Of a stretch of 64,000 bases of DNA, positions 18,197 through 28,007 are shown in pieces (within the stretch, counting starts at the first letter, position 1; each line of letters begins with the position of its first letter). The DNA comes from Gemmatimonas sp. (lineage in GTDB: Bacteria; Gemmatimonadota; Gemmatimonadetes; Gemmatimonadales; Gemmatimonadaceae): positions 5,184,001 to 5,248,000 of the forward strand of contig OZ257156.1 in assembly GCA_965279375.1 (NCBI GenBank), read 5' to 3'. The notes under the pieces are model-generated. The model did not search any database, was not told the DNA's origin, and saw only the letters and a list, made by a program, of their open reading frames with translations. The position numbers and the translations under genes are program-made.

Positions 18197-21100
18197 TCAG
18201 AACGAAGTCGTGATGCCGAGCGAGAACGTGCGGTTGCTCGGGTATACGCCACGATCCACGCCACGGAACTGGTCACGGATGTCGCCGGCAGCGCCGAAGA
18301 CGTTCGCGGTCGGCAGCGACGGATCGAGTCCGTTGTAGCCGGTGATCGTGAACAGGTTTTCCGCCTGTACGTACACGCGCGTCGCGCTGATCCAACGCGC
18401 CATGGACGCCGGCACGTTGTAGCCCAGCTGCAGGGTGCGCATGCGGACGTACGAGCCGTCCTCGACGTAGTAGCTGCTGATCGCCTTGCTGTACGTGTCG
18501 TTCTGGTCGAGACGCGGGTACTTGGCGTTCTGATTCGTCGGCGTCCACGAGTTCTCGAGCAGGTCCTTCCGCACGTTCGTCGAGAAGTCGCGGAAGATGT
18601 AGAAGTCCTTCTGCGCGTCGAAGATCTTGTTGCCGAAGCTACCGAACACCGAGGCGCTGAGGTCCCAGTTGCCGTGCCTGTAGCCCACGTCGAAGCTGGA
18701 CGTGAAGTTCGGGTGCGGCGAGCCGATGATCGTGCGGTCGGCGGCGGTGATCTGCTTGTCACCGTTCACATCGACGAACTTGATGCGACCCGGCGCGGCG
18801 CCGTCCTGTCTCGCATGAGCAGACACGTCGGCGGCGTCCTTGAAGAAGCCGTCGGCCTTCAATCCGTAGAACGAGCCGATCGGCTGTCCGACCTGATTGA
18901 TGATGGCGTTGCCGATGCGCGTCGAGATCGGGCCATAGAAGAAGTCCTGCTGGCCATCGATGGAGACGATCTTGTTCTTGTAGCGGCTGAGCTGGAGGCT
19001 GGCGTTCCAGGAATTGCCCTGGTGGCCGAGGGAGATGTCAAAGCCCTTGTTGCTCATCTTGCCGATGTTGACGATCGGCGGTGCCGCGATGCCCGCCGTG
19101 CCCGGCAACGCGGGATCGAAGAGCAGGTTGTTGGTGGCGCGCTCGTAGACGTCGATGATGACGCTCAAGTTCGACTCGAAGAGCGAGAGATCGGCACCGA
19201 AGTTCGTGGACCGGTTCTCTTCCCACTTGAGGTTGGAGTTACCGAGCGAGGTCTGGCGATAGCCTGCACGCACGGTCGTGTTGGAACCCGTGATGTCGTA
19301 GTACGTGTCACCGTTGCTGCCGCCGAACTGATTGAGCGTGCGGCCGGACGGAATCGACTGATTGCCGGTGACGCCGTATCCGACGCGCAGCATGGCGTCC
19401 GAGACGATCTTGTTGCCGGTCAGGAACTTTTCCTTCGAGATGCGCCAGCCAAGTCCAGCGGCCGGGAACGTACCCCAGCGATTGGTCTCGCCGAGTCGCG
19501 ACGAGCCATCGCGGCGCACGGTCAGGCTCGCGATGTACTTCTCGTCGAAGTTGTAGTCGGCCTTACCGAAGTACGAGAGCAGCGCGCTCTCGCCACCGGT
19601 GCTGTTGACTGCCTTGGTCTTCGCATCGGCGAGGGCGTCCTGGATGTAGCGCGCCGCGAGATCGGTCGAGAGCAGGTTGGCCTGCGAAGCGCCGAGGAAC
19701 CGGTTCGTACCGGCGTTCGCTTCCTGTCCAACCAGCACCGACAGGCTGTGCGACGAGAACTGCTTCGAGTATTTCGCCGTGTTGCTCCAGGTCCAGTCCG
19801 ACGACTGGCTCTGGTTCTCGTTGATCGAGTTGCTGAAGCTCGGCTCGGAGTTTTCCGGTGTGATGGCGCTGTAGCCGGTGAAGCCGCCCTGGTTGACGCT
19901 GAAGCCCAGGCTGCTGCGCAGCGAGATCTGCGGGTTGACCGTGAACCCGGCGAAGATGTTGCCGAAGACTCGGTTGTTCTTGGTGATGTTGTTGCGAGCT
20001 TCGTACGCCGTCTTGAGCGGGTTGGTGTTGTTGCCGAGGCCCACCGCCTTGCCCGACGCGAAGTTGCCCCTGATGTCGTAGATGGGCACCACCGGCTGCA
20101 TCAGGATGTTCTTGCCGATCAGATCCGTTTCGCCGCCCTGGTCGTCCGGCAGACCGCCGAACTGACGCTCAGCCGAGATGCCGATGTTTTCGCCGAACGT
20201 CAGCTTGTTGCGCGTGAACTGCGTGTTGGCGCGAACGCTGATGCGGCGGAAATTGCTGTACGCCGCCGTGCCGTCCTGATTGAAGTAGTTGAACGACACG
20301 CCGTACTGGTTGCCGGCGCCGGCGCCTGTGATGCTCAGGTTCGCATCAGTCACCTTTCCGGGATCGCCGAAGACGGCCTTCCACCAGTTCGTGCCGGCGC
20401 TGCCGGGCATGATCAGGCTGTTCGGATACGAGTACTTGGCGGGATCGACGCCCGACGGCCGCCCGAACGCGTCGGTGCCGGCGCGCGTGTCGGTCGCGGC
20501 GAAGGTGTACTGCGGCACCGTCGGGTTCTTCGGATCGCCGTAGATGTTGGTCGGCACCGGAAGCCCCGCGTTCTCATACGACGTCTTGACCACTTTGTAG
20601 TAGTCCAGCGCATCGGTGATGAGGAACTTGTCGTAGCCGTTGACCGGATTCGCCATACCCGTGCGAATCGTCGCCGTCATCTTCGGCGGCCCTGATGCAC
20701 CACGCTTGGTGGTTTCGATCAGGATGACGCCGTTGCTCGCGCGCGAGCCGTAGATCGACGACGCCGAGGCATCCTTGAGCACCTGGATCGACGTGATGTC
20801 GTTCGGGTTCAGGAAGTTGATGTAGGAGTCCTGAACCGGCACGCCGTCGATGACGTAGAGCGGGTCGTTGTTCTGGAAGGAGCTGATGCCGCGGATACGC
20901 ACCGTGCTGCGCGATCCCGGCGAACCGCTCGTCGCCACCGTGATACCGGGCACGGCATCGAGACGCTTGAGAATGCTGGCGCCGGTTTCGCGCTTGGCCG
21001 CATCGACATCCAGGCTCGCCACGGCGCCGGTGATCTCCGATCGGCGCGTTTCCGTGTACGCGGTGACCACCAACTGTTCGAGGTAGGCGACCGACTCCAT

Positions 21101-21433
21101 CGTGATGTCGATGCGGGTCCGCCCCTCAACATTGGCCTGTGCGGGTCGCTTGCCGAACGCCACATACGTGAGCACGGCGGTCGACGGCGCTTGAATGGTG
21201 TAACGCCCGTTGTCTGTCGTGAGCGCGCGGACTTCCGTGCCCCGAACGTTCACCGTGACGCCGGAGATCGGCGCACCGGTGGTACTTGTGACCGTTCCGC
21301 TCACTGTGACCGTCTGAGCTTGCGCGGCCGTGCTCGCAGCGAGCGAGAGCATCAGCACGAACCGGGCGACACGCCAGCCCGAATGGGGCCGACTTCCGCG
21401 CGATCGAGGCACCGACAACAGCGTGTCCATCAT
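18197..21433 (-). CDS. SusC/RagA family TonB-linked outer-membrane transporter
   Basis: VRIRG...PLYVIDG, VLKDASASSIYGSRASNGVILIETTK, LKWEE and C-terminal Phe; GAGGAGA RBS before ATG 21433. Confidence 0.93.
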   Translation of the reverse strand: MMDTLLSVPRSRGSRPHSGWRVARFVLMLSLAASTAAQAQTVTVSGTVTSTTGAPISGVTVNVRGTEVRALTTDNGRYTIQAPSTAVLTYVAFGKRPAQANVEGRTRIDITMESVAYLEQLVVTAYTETRRSEITGAVASLDVDAAKRETGASILKRLDAVPGITVATSGSPGSRSTVRIRGISSFQNNDPLYVIDGVPVQDSYINFLNPNDITSIQVLKDASASSIYGSRASNGVILIETTKRGASGPPKMTATIRTGMANPVNGYDKFLITDALDYYKVVKTSYENAGLPVPTNIYGDPKNPTVPQYTFAATDTRAGTDAFGRPSGVDPAKYSYPNSLIMPGSAGTNWWKAVFGDPGKVTDANLSITGAGAGNQYGVSFNYFNQDGTAAYSNFRRISVRANTQFTRNKLTFGENIGISAERQFGGLPDDQGGETDLIGKNILMQPVVPIYDIRGNFASGKAVGLGNNTNPLKTAYEARNNITKNNRVFGNIFAGFTVNPQISLRSSLGFSVNQGGFTGYSAITPENSEPSFSNSINENQSQSSDWTWSNTAKYSKQFSSHSLSVLVGQEANAGTNRFLGASQANLLSTDLAARYIQDALADAKTKAVNSTGGESALLSYFGKADYNFDEKYIASLTVRRDGSSRLGETNRWGTFPAAGLGWRISKEKFLTGNKIVSDAMLRVGYGVTGNQSIPSGRTLNQFGGSNGDTYYDITGSNTTVRAGYRQTSLGNSNLKWEENRSTNFGADLSLFESNLSVIIDVYERATNNLLFDPALPGTAGIAAPPIVNIGKMSNKGFDISLGHQGNSWNASLQLSRYKNKIVSIDGQQDFFYGPISTRIGNAIINQVGQPIGSFYGLKADGFFKDAADVSAHARQDGAAPGRIKFVDVNGDKQITAADRTIIGSPHPNFTSSFDVGYRHGNWDLSASVFGSFGNKIFDAQKDFYIFRDFSTNVRKDLLENSWTPTNQNAKYPRLDQNDTYSKAISSYYVEDGSYVRMRTLQLGYNVPASMARWISATRVYVQAENLFTITGYNGLDPSLPTANVFGAAGDIRDQFRGVDRGVYPSNRTFSLGITTSF

Positions 21434-21902
21434 TCTCCTCCAGAATCCACGTGGGTGGGAACCTCGACGCGTCTGGACCGCATACTGCCGGGCCGCAGAC
21501 CGGGGTGGAGCCCGGCCGACGACGATCACCGATGGTCGGCGACCGACCTTGCCTGAACAGCACTGGTGCAACGCGGGCGCCGCAAACTCCCATCACGTGG
21601 AGAAAGGGGATGCGCGGCTGGGGGCGGTGGCGGGGCGAAACGAGAGGTGGGAGTCAGCGAGGCGGGACGGAGCGACGTGGTGCAATGAAGCCGACGGGAC
21701 GGTCTGACTTGCTACTGGGGTGGACCGCGCCAGACTGATGCCGGACCACTTTCTGCCAATTGGTCCCTAGGTACGGCCCGCAGAGCGTCTTGTCAAGAAG
21801 TCTTCGTCACGCCCTTGCGTCCGCTGGCCGTTCTTCGCAGTTCTCAGGGACGACTTTGCACAGTCGGATCGGATAGCGACCTCGACCGCGGAGGATCTTC
21901 CC

Positions 21903-22343
21903 ATGGTTGCGCCACACCGAGTTATGACGCGCCGACTTGCCCCGCACCGATGGCTTTCGGTGCTGCTCCTCGCGGCAGCGTGTGCCTCCCCGCGCCCTTC
22001 CGACACGGCGTCGCCGCGCGCGCAGCAGGACCCGCGCTCCATTTCCGCTGTGGAGTTGCGAGATCCGGTTGTCGCCAGCATGGACGCGATGAAGGCGATC
22101 CGGTTCCTGCGGCCGAACTTCTTCCGCGTCTCCGGCCCGCAAAGCTTCGTCAACGGGGACGCCGGCAAGGTCCAGTACTCGATGGACTTCGGCCCCGTGC
22201 GACCGCTCAGCGAGCTGTCCACGCTCACCACCGCGATGCTCGTCGAGATCCGCTACCTCGACGCGAACGACGCGCAGAATCGTTTCGGCCTGCGAGCCAA
22301 CGGCGGGCCGGTCATCGTCCTCCTGAACAACAAGGTGCCGTAG
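21903..22343 (+). CDS. hypothetical lipoprotein (TonB plug-like small protein)
   Basis: Lipobox AAAC; EIRYLDANDAQNRFG...GPVIVL resembles a plug-domain ending. Confidence 0.6.
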   Translation: MVAPHRVMTRRLAPHRWLSVLLLAAACASPRPSDTASPRAQQDPRSISAVELRDPVVASMDAMKAIRFLRPNFFRVSGPQSFVNGDAGKVQYSMDFGPVRPLSELSTLTTAMLVEIRYLDANDAQNRFGLRANGGPVIVLLNNKVP

Positions 22344-22416
22344 GGCGAATCGGCACGCGGAACCGCGGGCGACTGACGTGGCGCACTCGCGCCCCGCCCC
22401 GTATCGTCCAGCGGTA

Positions 22417-24402
22417 ATGACTCTGTCTCACGCTCTCGACATGGCGCGCGGGGTTCCGCGCCAGCCGATCTCGCTCGGCCGCGCCCTCGCGCAGCTCGTT
22501 CCAACGCTCGTCTCGCCGCTCGCGCTCGTGCTTCTGAATGCCTGCGCGCAGCCGCTGACGCTCGCTCCCAACGACGCCGACCGCGTCCTCGCGCATCGCA
22601 CCCTCACCGCGCCCAACCCCGGCGAGAAAGGACCGCTCTCAGTGAAGCGGCTCTTCTACGGCACCGGTGGCGACAAGCGACGCGCCGAGTATCGCGACTC
22701 GCTCACGTACAAGACCGGCACGGTGGACGCGTCGCCGTACGCAAAGATGGAGCCCGCGTCGGCCAAGAGTCGCAAGAAGTACTGGGGCTTCGATAACACC
22801 AAGTTCCCGCTCAACGCGCGTGTCTGGTATCCCGACGGCGCCGGCCCCTTCCCGCTCGTGCTCGTGGTGCACGGCAACCACGACATGACCGACTTCTCCG
22901 ACCCGGGCTACGCCTGGCTCGGCGAGTTGCTCGCGTCCCGAGGATTCATCCTCGCCTCGATCGACGAGAATTTCCTGAACGGCGGCATTCGGGGCGAGAA
23001 CGACGCTCGCGGATGGGTGCTGCTCAAACATCTCGAAGTCTTTCGCGCGCTCAACGACAGCGCCGGCAAACCCCTCGCCGGCAAGATCGACATGTCGCGC
23101 ATCGCACTCATGGGCCACTCGCGTGGTGGCGAGGCGGTCGCGATCGCGGCTGCGTTCAATCGCCTGCCGTTCTATCCAGACGACGCGTCGCAGAAGCTGG
23201 GCTTCAACTTCTCGATCAAGGGCGTGGTGGCGATTGCCCCGGTCGATGGCCAGTATCGCCCTGCCGATCAGCCCACGCCCGTCGCGGACTACAGCTATCT
23301 CGTGATTCACGGCTCGCACGATGGCGACGTCTCGAACTTCATGGGACTCGCGCAGTACAACCGCCTTCGCTACACCAAGCCCGGCCCCGACTTCAAGAGC
23401 GCCATCTGGATGTACCGCGCCAACCACGGCCAGTGGAACACGGTGTGGAACAACAAGGACAACGGCGACTACTCGGTCCGCTCGCTCAATCTCAAGGCGC
23501 TCGTCCCCGGCGAGCAGCAGCGGCAGTTCGGTCGCGTGGTGATCAGCGGCTTCCTCGAGACGGTGCTGCACGGCAAGGAAGAGTATCGCGAGATCTTCCG
23601 CGATCACCGAAGCGCCGGTGATTGGCTGCCCCCGACGATGTATCTCACGCGCTACGCCGACGCCAACGCCCGCTACCTCGCGACGTTCGACGAAGACGTG
23701 GACGTGACCACGGGTGCGATGCCGGGCGTGCGCATCTCCACCGACTCGCTGTCCTCGTGGAAGGAGAGCGACGTCACCATACGCTCACGCGGCGGCAGCT
23801 TCCGCAGCAACGTGGCCACCGTCGGCTGGAACAACGCGCCGATCGGAAAGGACACAACGCTCAAGCGCGCACCGGCGCGTATGACGATCTCCATTTCCGA
23901 TTCGCTGCGAGTCGCGTTGCGCCCCACGGCGCAGTCGGCGCTGTTGCTGACCGTCGGCACCACCGATCAGACGCCCGGACCGCGCAAGATCGCGCGCGAT
24001 ACCACGATCAAGACGGACAGCGCGGCTGCAAAGAAGCCGGCCGCCAAGAAGCCCGCGGCACCCAAGACCAAACCGCCCAAGGACTCCACGCCGCCCGACT
24101 TCACCGTGGAGCTCGAAGACACGGCCGGACACATTGCGCGCCTGCCCCTCTCGGAATTCGGTGCTGTGCGTCGTCCGCTCGAGAGCTACATCTATCGCCG
24201 CAAGGGCAAAGACAAGACGAACTTCCCGACGCTTGCCGAGCCAGTGATGCAGACGTACGTGATGCCTGCTGCGCGTTTCGTGCAGGCCAATACACAGTTC
24301 GACATCGCCGCCCTCAAGTCGATCCGCTTCGTCTTCGATCGCACGCGAGCGAACGCCGTCATGCTCGACGACATCGGCCTCACGCTCGGCGGCACGCGAT
24401 AA
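22417..24402 (+). CDS. alpha/beta hydrolase lipoprotein (chlorophyllase-like)
   Basis: Lipobox LNAC; PFPLVLVVHGNH, nucleophile GHSRGG, HDGD and ANH motifs. Confidence 0.8.
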   Translation: MTLSHALDMARGVPRQPISLGRALAQLVPTLVSPLALVLLNACAQPLTLAPNDADRVLAHRTLTAPNPGEKGPLSVKRLFYGTGGDKRRAEYRDSLTYKTGTVDASPYAKMEPASAKSRKKYWGFDNTKFPLNARVWYPDGAGPFPLVLVVHGNHDMTDFSDPGYAWLGELLASRGFILASIDENFLNGGIRGENDARGWVLLKHLEVFRALNDSAGKPLAGKIDMSRIALMGHSRGGEAVAIAAAFNRLPFYPDDASQKLGFNFSIKGVVAIAPVDGQYRPADQPTPVADYSYLVIHGSHDGDVSNFMGLAQYNRLRYTKPGPDFKSAIWMYRANHGQWNTVWNNKDNGDYSVRSLNLKALVPGEQQRQFGRVVISGFLETVLHGKEEYREIFRDHRSAGDWLPPTMYLTRYADANARYLATFDEDVDVTTGAMPGVRISTDSLSSWKESDVTIRSRGGSFRSNVATVGWNNAPIGKDTTLKRAPARMTISISDSLRVALRPTAQSALLLTVGTTDQTPGPRKIARDTTIKTDSAAAKKPAAKKPAAPKTKPPKDSTPPDFTVELEDTAGHIARLPLSEFGAVRRPLESYIYRRKGKDKTNFPTLAEPVMQTYVMPAARFVQANTQFDIAALKSIRFVFDRTRANAVMLDDIGLTLGGTR

Positions 24403-24410
24403 CGCGCGCC

Positions 24411-24527
24411 TCAGCGCACACCGTGCAACCGCTTCAGCACTTCGAAGAGGTTCACGGTGTGCGCGCTCCAGAACAACAGGGCCAGCACGATCGCACCAGA
24501 GACGAGCCAGACGGTACGCGATTTCAT
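24411..24527 (-). CDS. 38-aa small membrane protein MKSRTVWLVSGAIVLALLFWSAHTVNLFEVLKRLHGVR
   Basis: Manual translation; AGGAGA RBS upstream; single TM helix; co-oriented downstream of the ABC permease. Confidence 0.65.
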   Translation of the reverse strand: MKSRTVWLVSGAIVLALLFWSAHTVNLFEVLKRLHGVR

Positions 24528-24615
24528 GTGATCTCCTACAGCAGCTGAATGTGAATGGGCGCCGTCGCGTGCTACGCGCGCGCGCGGTTTGTGAACGGTG
24601 CGAACAGGCGCGCGA

Positions 24616-27123
24616 TCAGTTCACGACAAAGGTCTGTCGAATGGTCATGCGTGCCGCCTTTGCGGCGGGCCAGAGACTCACAACGATGGCGCCGCTGGAC
24701 ACGACGATGAGCCAGAGTGCCGTGGCAAAGGGCGACAGCTGCAGCACCAACTCCTGCGCGGCGACAGAAGCGATCACCCCGCCGACGACGGCTGATAGTG
24801 GAATGGCGCTCGCGATGGCGACGCCCGCACTCAGCCCCGCGACAAGTAGCCCTTCGATCACGATCATGCGCCGAATCGATGAGCCGGTCGCGCCGATGGC
24901 GCGCATCACCCCCAGCTCCCGCGTGCGCTCGATGACGGAGACACCAAGCGATGATGAGAGACCAAGCAGTCCCACGACCGTCATGATCAGCGCGATCAGC
25001 ACCAGCGCAACGATGAGGATGTACACGTGGCCACCCTGCGCGACCGAGAAGCGTGACTCCGTAACCACCGACGACACCTCAAGGCCGGCTCGCTCGAGGG
25101 CGGCGAGAATCTCACGCGTGGATGCCTCGTCGGTAGCGGCGCTGCGCGCTGCATCGGCAAAGCGAACGCGCACAGCGTTCGTCGATGCCTGGGGTGTGGA
25201 CGCCTGACGCGTTGACGCCTGACGTTGCGTGACGCGCGCGAATGCAGCGGGATGCGCGTATACCGCGCCCGGTGTCAGCAGCTCCTTGGTGATGCCAACG
25301 ATGCGTAACGCGACTGCGCGCTCATCCACCTGCAGTTCGACGACGTCGCCAACGCGCCTCCCGTAGAACGGTCCCTTCGCGGCGACGGAGTTGATGACGG
25401 CTCCCGTAGCGCCGGCGACGGTGTCGGCATCGGTCAGCCATCGCCCGCTCAGCATCTCATGGCGAATGAGACGCGTATCCACTGGAGCGCCGCGCAGTGC
25501 AAAGCCTCCATGCGCACCGTCAGGGTATGCGTGTGACAGCGCAATGCGCTGCGTATCGGCCACTGTCGCGCGTGCTTTTCCCCAGGACTCCACTCGCGCG
25601 ACGGCTGGCAGCGCGGCGAGCATTGTAGCTACCGTATCCGCCGAGACGTCGTGCGCGAAGCCCAGCTCGAGATCGTAGGAACGGCCGCGGGCAGAAGCAT
25701 CGACCGTGCCTTCCCACGCCGCGCGCAGATTGAGGCTCGTGATGCACATCGCGCCCGCGCCCGCGAGCGGCACGATGGTCAGCACGAGACGCCCGCGCCG
25801 ACGCACTGCGTTGCGAAACGCCAGCACCACTGCCGGTGACGTGAACGGCAGCCGACGAACCACGCGATCGAGAACGCTCTGCGCCGACGTGCTGGTCATC
25901 GTTCCACCAGCATCCAGCGCCTGACGCACGGTGCGGCGCGCGCCGACGATGATTGGAACCAGCGCGGTCAGCACCGGCAGGGCGATACCAACCGCGAGCG
26001 TACCGGCGTATGTCCACCACGGCAGTGAATTCGACGCGATACGCAGATTGAGCAGCTGCGCGGTCACGCTCACGAACTCGCGCCCCATCAGCAATCCGGC
26101 CGGCAGACCAAGCAACAGCGCGGCGCAGGACAACGCGGCAACCAGTGTCACGTACATCGTGGTGATCTGCCGTGACGTGGCACCAATGGTTTTCATGATG
26201 GCGATCTGTCGAAGCTGCTGCGCCAGCAGTCCGCCGATGATCGTGGCGGTCAGCAGCGCGCCCAGCGCGAGTGCGAGCATGCTGAACAGCAGCAGCATCT
26301 CGATGACGGCGTTCATCTGTCCTTGATGCGGATGTCGCCGCGGCGGTGGAACGCGCAGCTCGTGCACTTCCACTCCGGCCTCTGACAGCATGGCGACGAC
26401 GCCGCGCGCCGAACGCTCGATCGCGGCCGCATCGTTGGCGCTGTCGCGCACGACCAGCTTGACGATGTCGAGCGGAACGTCGACGCCGAGCGTGGCCAGT
26501 GTGGTCCGTTCGACGTAGCCGTAAACGGTTTGCTCCTGCCATGCGGGGGCGACTGCGGGATCGTGTACGGTGCCAGCCATCGGCACCGTGCGACGTCCCA
26601 CGCCGCCAATGTCCACCGTGACCGACGCGCCGATGGACTTTCCGGTGAGGTCGAGCGCGCTCCGCTCGATGAGCATTCCGCCAACCGGCGCGGGCCACGC
26701 GCCCGCCTCCGGCGAAACCGTGCTGATGGAATCGGCGTCGAAGCGCTCCACCACGAACAGTCGCATGGGCACCCACGTACCGTTCGCGGCTTGCAGCCGC
26801 CCACCAACCGCCGCGGCGCGCGTCGCCATGCGCACGTTCGGGAACCTGCGCACGCGTTGCAGCAGCGAGTCGTTCAGCTCTGTGGAAACCTCGAGCTGTG
26901 CCGACGCAGGATTGGTTTGCTGGTAGTTGCGCGGTACTTCACGCGTCAACACCTGATACGTGCTGAGCATGGTGACGACACCGGCGATACTCGCCGCGAG
27001 CGCAGCGACGATCATGACGAAACGCCCGGGCGCGTCTTGCACATCGCGCAGCAGCTTGATCCACGGCGTGGTCAACCGGGTCGTGAATCGTGTTGTGAAT
27101 CGTGTCGCAAGCGGTGTGGGCAT
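24616..27123 (-). CDS. ABC transporter permease, duplicated MacB/FtsX type
   Basis: Two FtsX-type TM blocks (QIAIMKTIGAT; ERTRELGVMRAIGAT) with periplasmic domains. Confidence 0.88.
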   Translation of the reverse strand: MPTPLATRFTTRFTTRLTTPWIKLLRDVQDAPGRFVMIVAALAASIAGVVTMLSTYQVLTREVPRNYQQTNPASAQLEVSTELNDSLLQRVRRFPNVRMATRAAAVGGRLQAANGTWVPMRLFVVERFDADSISTVSPEAGAWPAPVGGMLIERSALDLTGKSIGASVTVDIGGVGRRTVPMAGTVHDPAVAPAWQEQTVYGYVERTTLATLGVDVPLDIVKLVVRDSANDAAAIERSARGVVAMLSEAGVEVHELRVPPPRRHPHQGQMNAVIEMLLLFSMLALALGALLTATIIGGLLAQQLRQIAIMKTIGATSRQITTMYVTLVAALSCAALLLGLPAGLLMGREFVSVTAQLLNLRIASNSLPWWTYAGTLAVGIALPVLTALVPIIVGARRTVRQALDAGGTMTSTSAQSVLDRVVRRLPFTSPAVVLAFRNAVRRRGRLVLTIVPLAGAGAMCITSLNLRAAWEGTVDASARGRSYDLELGFAHDVSADTVATMLAALPAVARVESWGKARATVADTQRIALSHAYPDGAHGGFALRGAPVDTRLIRHEMLSGRWLTDADTVAGATGAVINSVAAKGPFYGRRVGDVVELQVDERAVALRIVGITKELLTPGAVYAHPAAFARVTQRQASTRQASTPQASTNAVRVRFADAARSAATDEASTREILAALERAGLEVSSVVTESRFSVAQGGHVYILIVALVLIALIMTVVGLLGLSSSLGVSVIERTRELGVMRAIGATGSSIRRMIVIEGLLVAGLSAGVAIASAIPLSAVVGGVIASVAAQELVLQLSPFATALWLIVVSSGAIVVSLWPAAKAARMTIRQTFVVN

Positions 27124-27128
27124 CGGTG

Positions 27129-27911
27129 CTACCGTGCCGCGAGCAGGGACGCGCCGGTATCCGATGCGAGCGTTGACCCAGTGTCGCTTTGCACCACACC
27201 ATCACGCAGAAGAATCGTGCGCGAGAAGTACTCCTGCAGCTCCGACTCGTGCGTCACGGTGACGACGGTCTTGCCCTCAGCAGCGAGCGCCGCCAGCAGT
27301 TGCATTACATCCCGCGACGTGGCCGAGTCGAGATTGCCGGTGGGCTCGTCGGCCACAAGCAACGGCGGATTGTTGGCCAGCGCGCGCGCGATGGCGGCAC
27401 GCTGCTGCTGTCCACCCGAGAGATCGGCCGGCAGCTTGTCTGCCTGATCGCGGATACCCAGCCGATCGAGGAGCTGCAGTGCGCGCTCACGCCGTTCACT
27501 GCGCGCATGCACATCGCAAAAGTCCATCGGCAACAACACGTTCTCCACCACGGTCAACGTCGGCAACAGTTGGAAGAACTGGAAGACGATACCGACCTGA
27601 CGGCCGCGCCATACCGCCAGTTCCTCCTGCGACATTCCGTGGATCGCGCGCCCGCCCACGTGCAGCGAGCCACTTGTTGGCGAGTCGATGCCTGTGAGCA
27701 CGTTGATCAACGTCGTCTTGCCACTCCCCGACTTGCCCACCACCGCGACGCATTCCCCCTCGGCGATGGTGAGTGAGACGTCGCGCAACGCCGTGAAGTG
27801 CGTGGCGCCGGAGTGATAGTCCTTCGAGACCTTGTCGAGCGAGATGAGCGACCCTGCGAGGCCATTGGACGCGACCGCGTCCCTCCGGGATGCTGGCGTT
27901 GTGCGTGTCAT
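27129..27911 (-). CDS. ABC transporter ATP-binding protein (LolD/MacB type)
   Basis: GKSGSGKTT, LSGGQQQR, ADEPTGNLD, VTH. Confidence 0.93.
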   Translation of the reverse strand: MTRTTPASRRDAVASNGLAGSLISLDKVSKDYHSGATHFTALRDVSLTIAEGECVAVVGKSGSGKTTLINVLTGIDSPTSGSLHVGGRAIHGMSQEELAVWRGRQVGIVFQFFQLLPTLTVVENVLLPMDFCDVHARSERRERALQLLDRLGIRDQADKLPADLSGGQQQRAAIARALANNPPLLVADEPTGNLDSATSRDVMQLLAALAAEGKTVVTVTHESELQEYFSRTILLRDGVVQSDTGSTLASDTGASLLAAR

Positions 27912-27946
27912 GTCCCGAACGTACTGTGAGCCGCTCTGGGGGTCTA

Positions 27947-27996
27947 AACAGTCCACCCCGATGTGTTCATTTGCGAACAATCTCCGCGCTTTTGTT
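27947..27996. promoter_or_regulatory. two tandem AACA-N13-TGTT inverted repeats, probable TetR operators
   Basis: 27947-27967 and 27976-27996, both followed by CA, in the divergent ABC/tetR intergenic region. Confidence 0.65.
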
Positions 27997-28007
27997 CAGG
28001 ATCTGGT

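Noticed and set aside
17009..20695. 1228-aa plus-strand ORF
   Set aside because: Antisense shadow of susC/susD caused by high-GC codon bias; Arg/Val-rich with no motifs.
21434..21760. Cobalamin riboswitch upstream of susC (AAGTCAGACC and GCCCCGCCAC fragments)
   Set aside because: The fragments are in the wrong order and the GGGAA/GGTG..AATCC core is missing.
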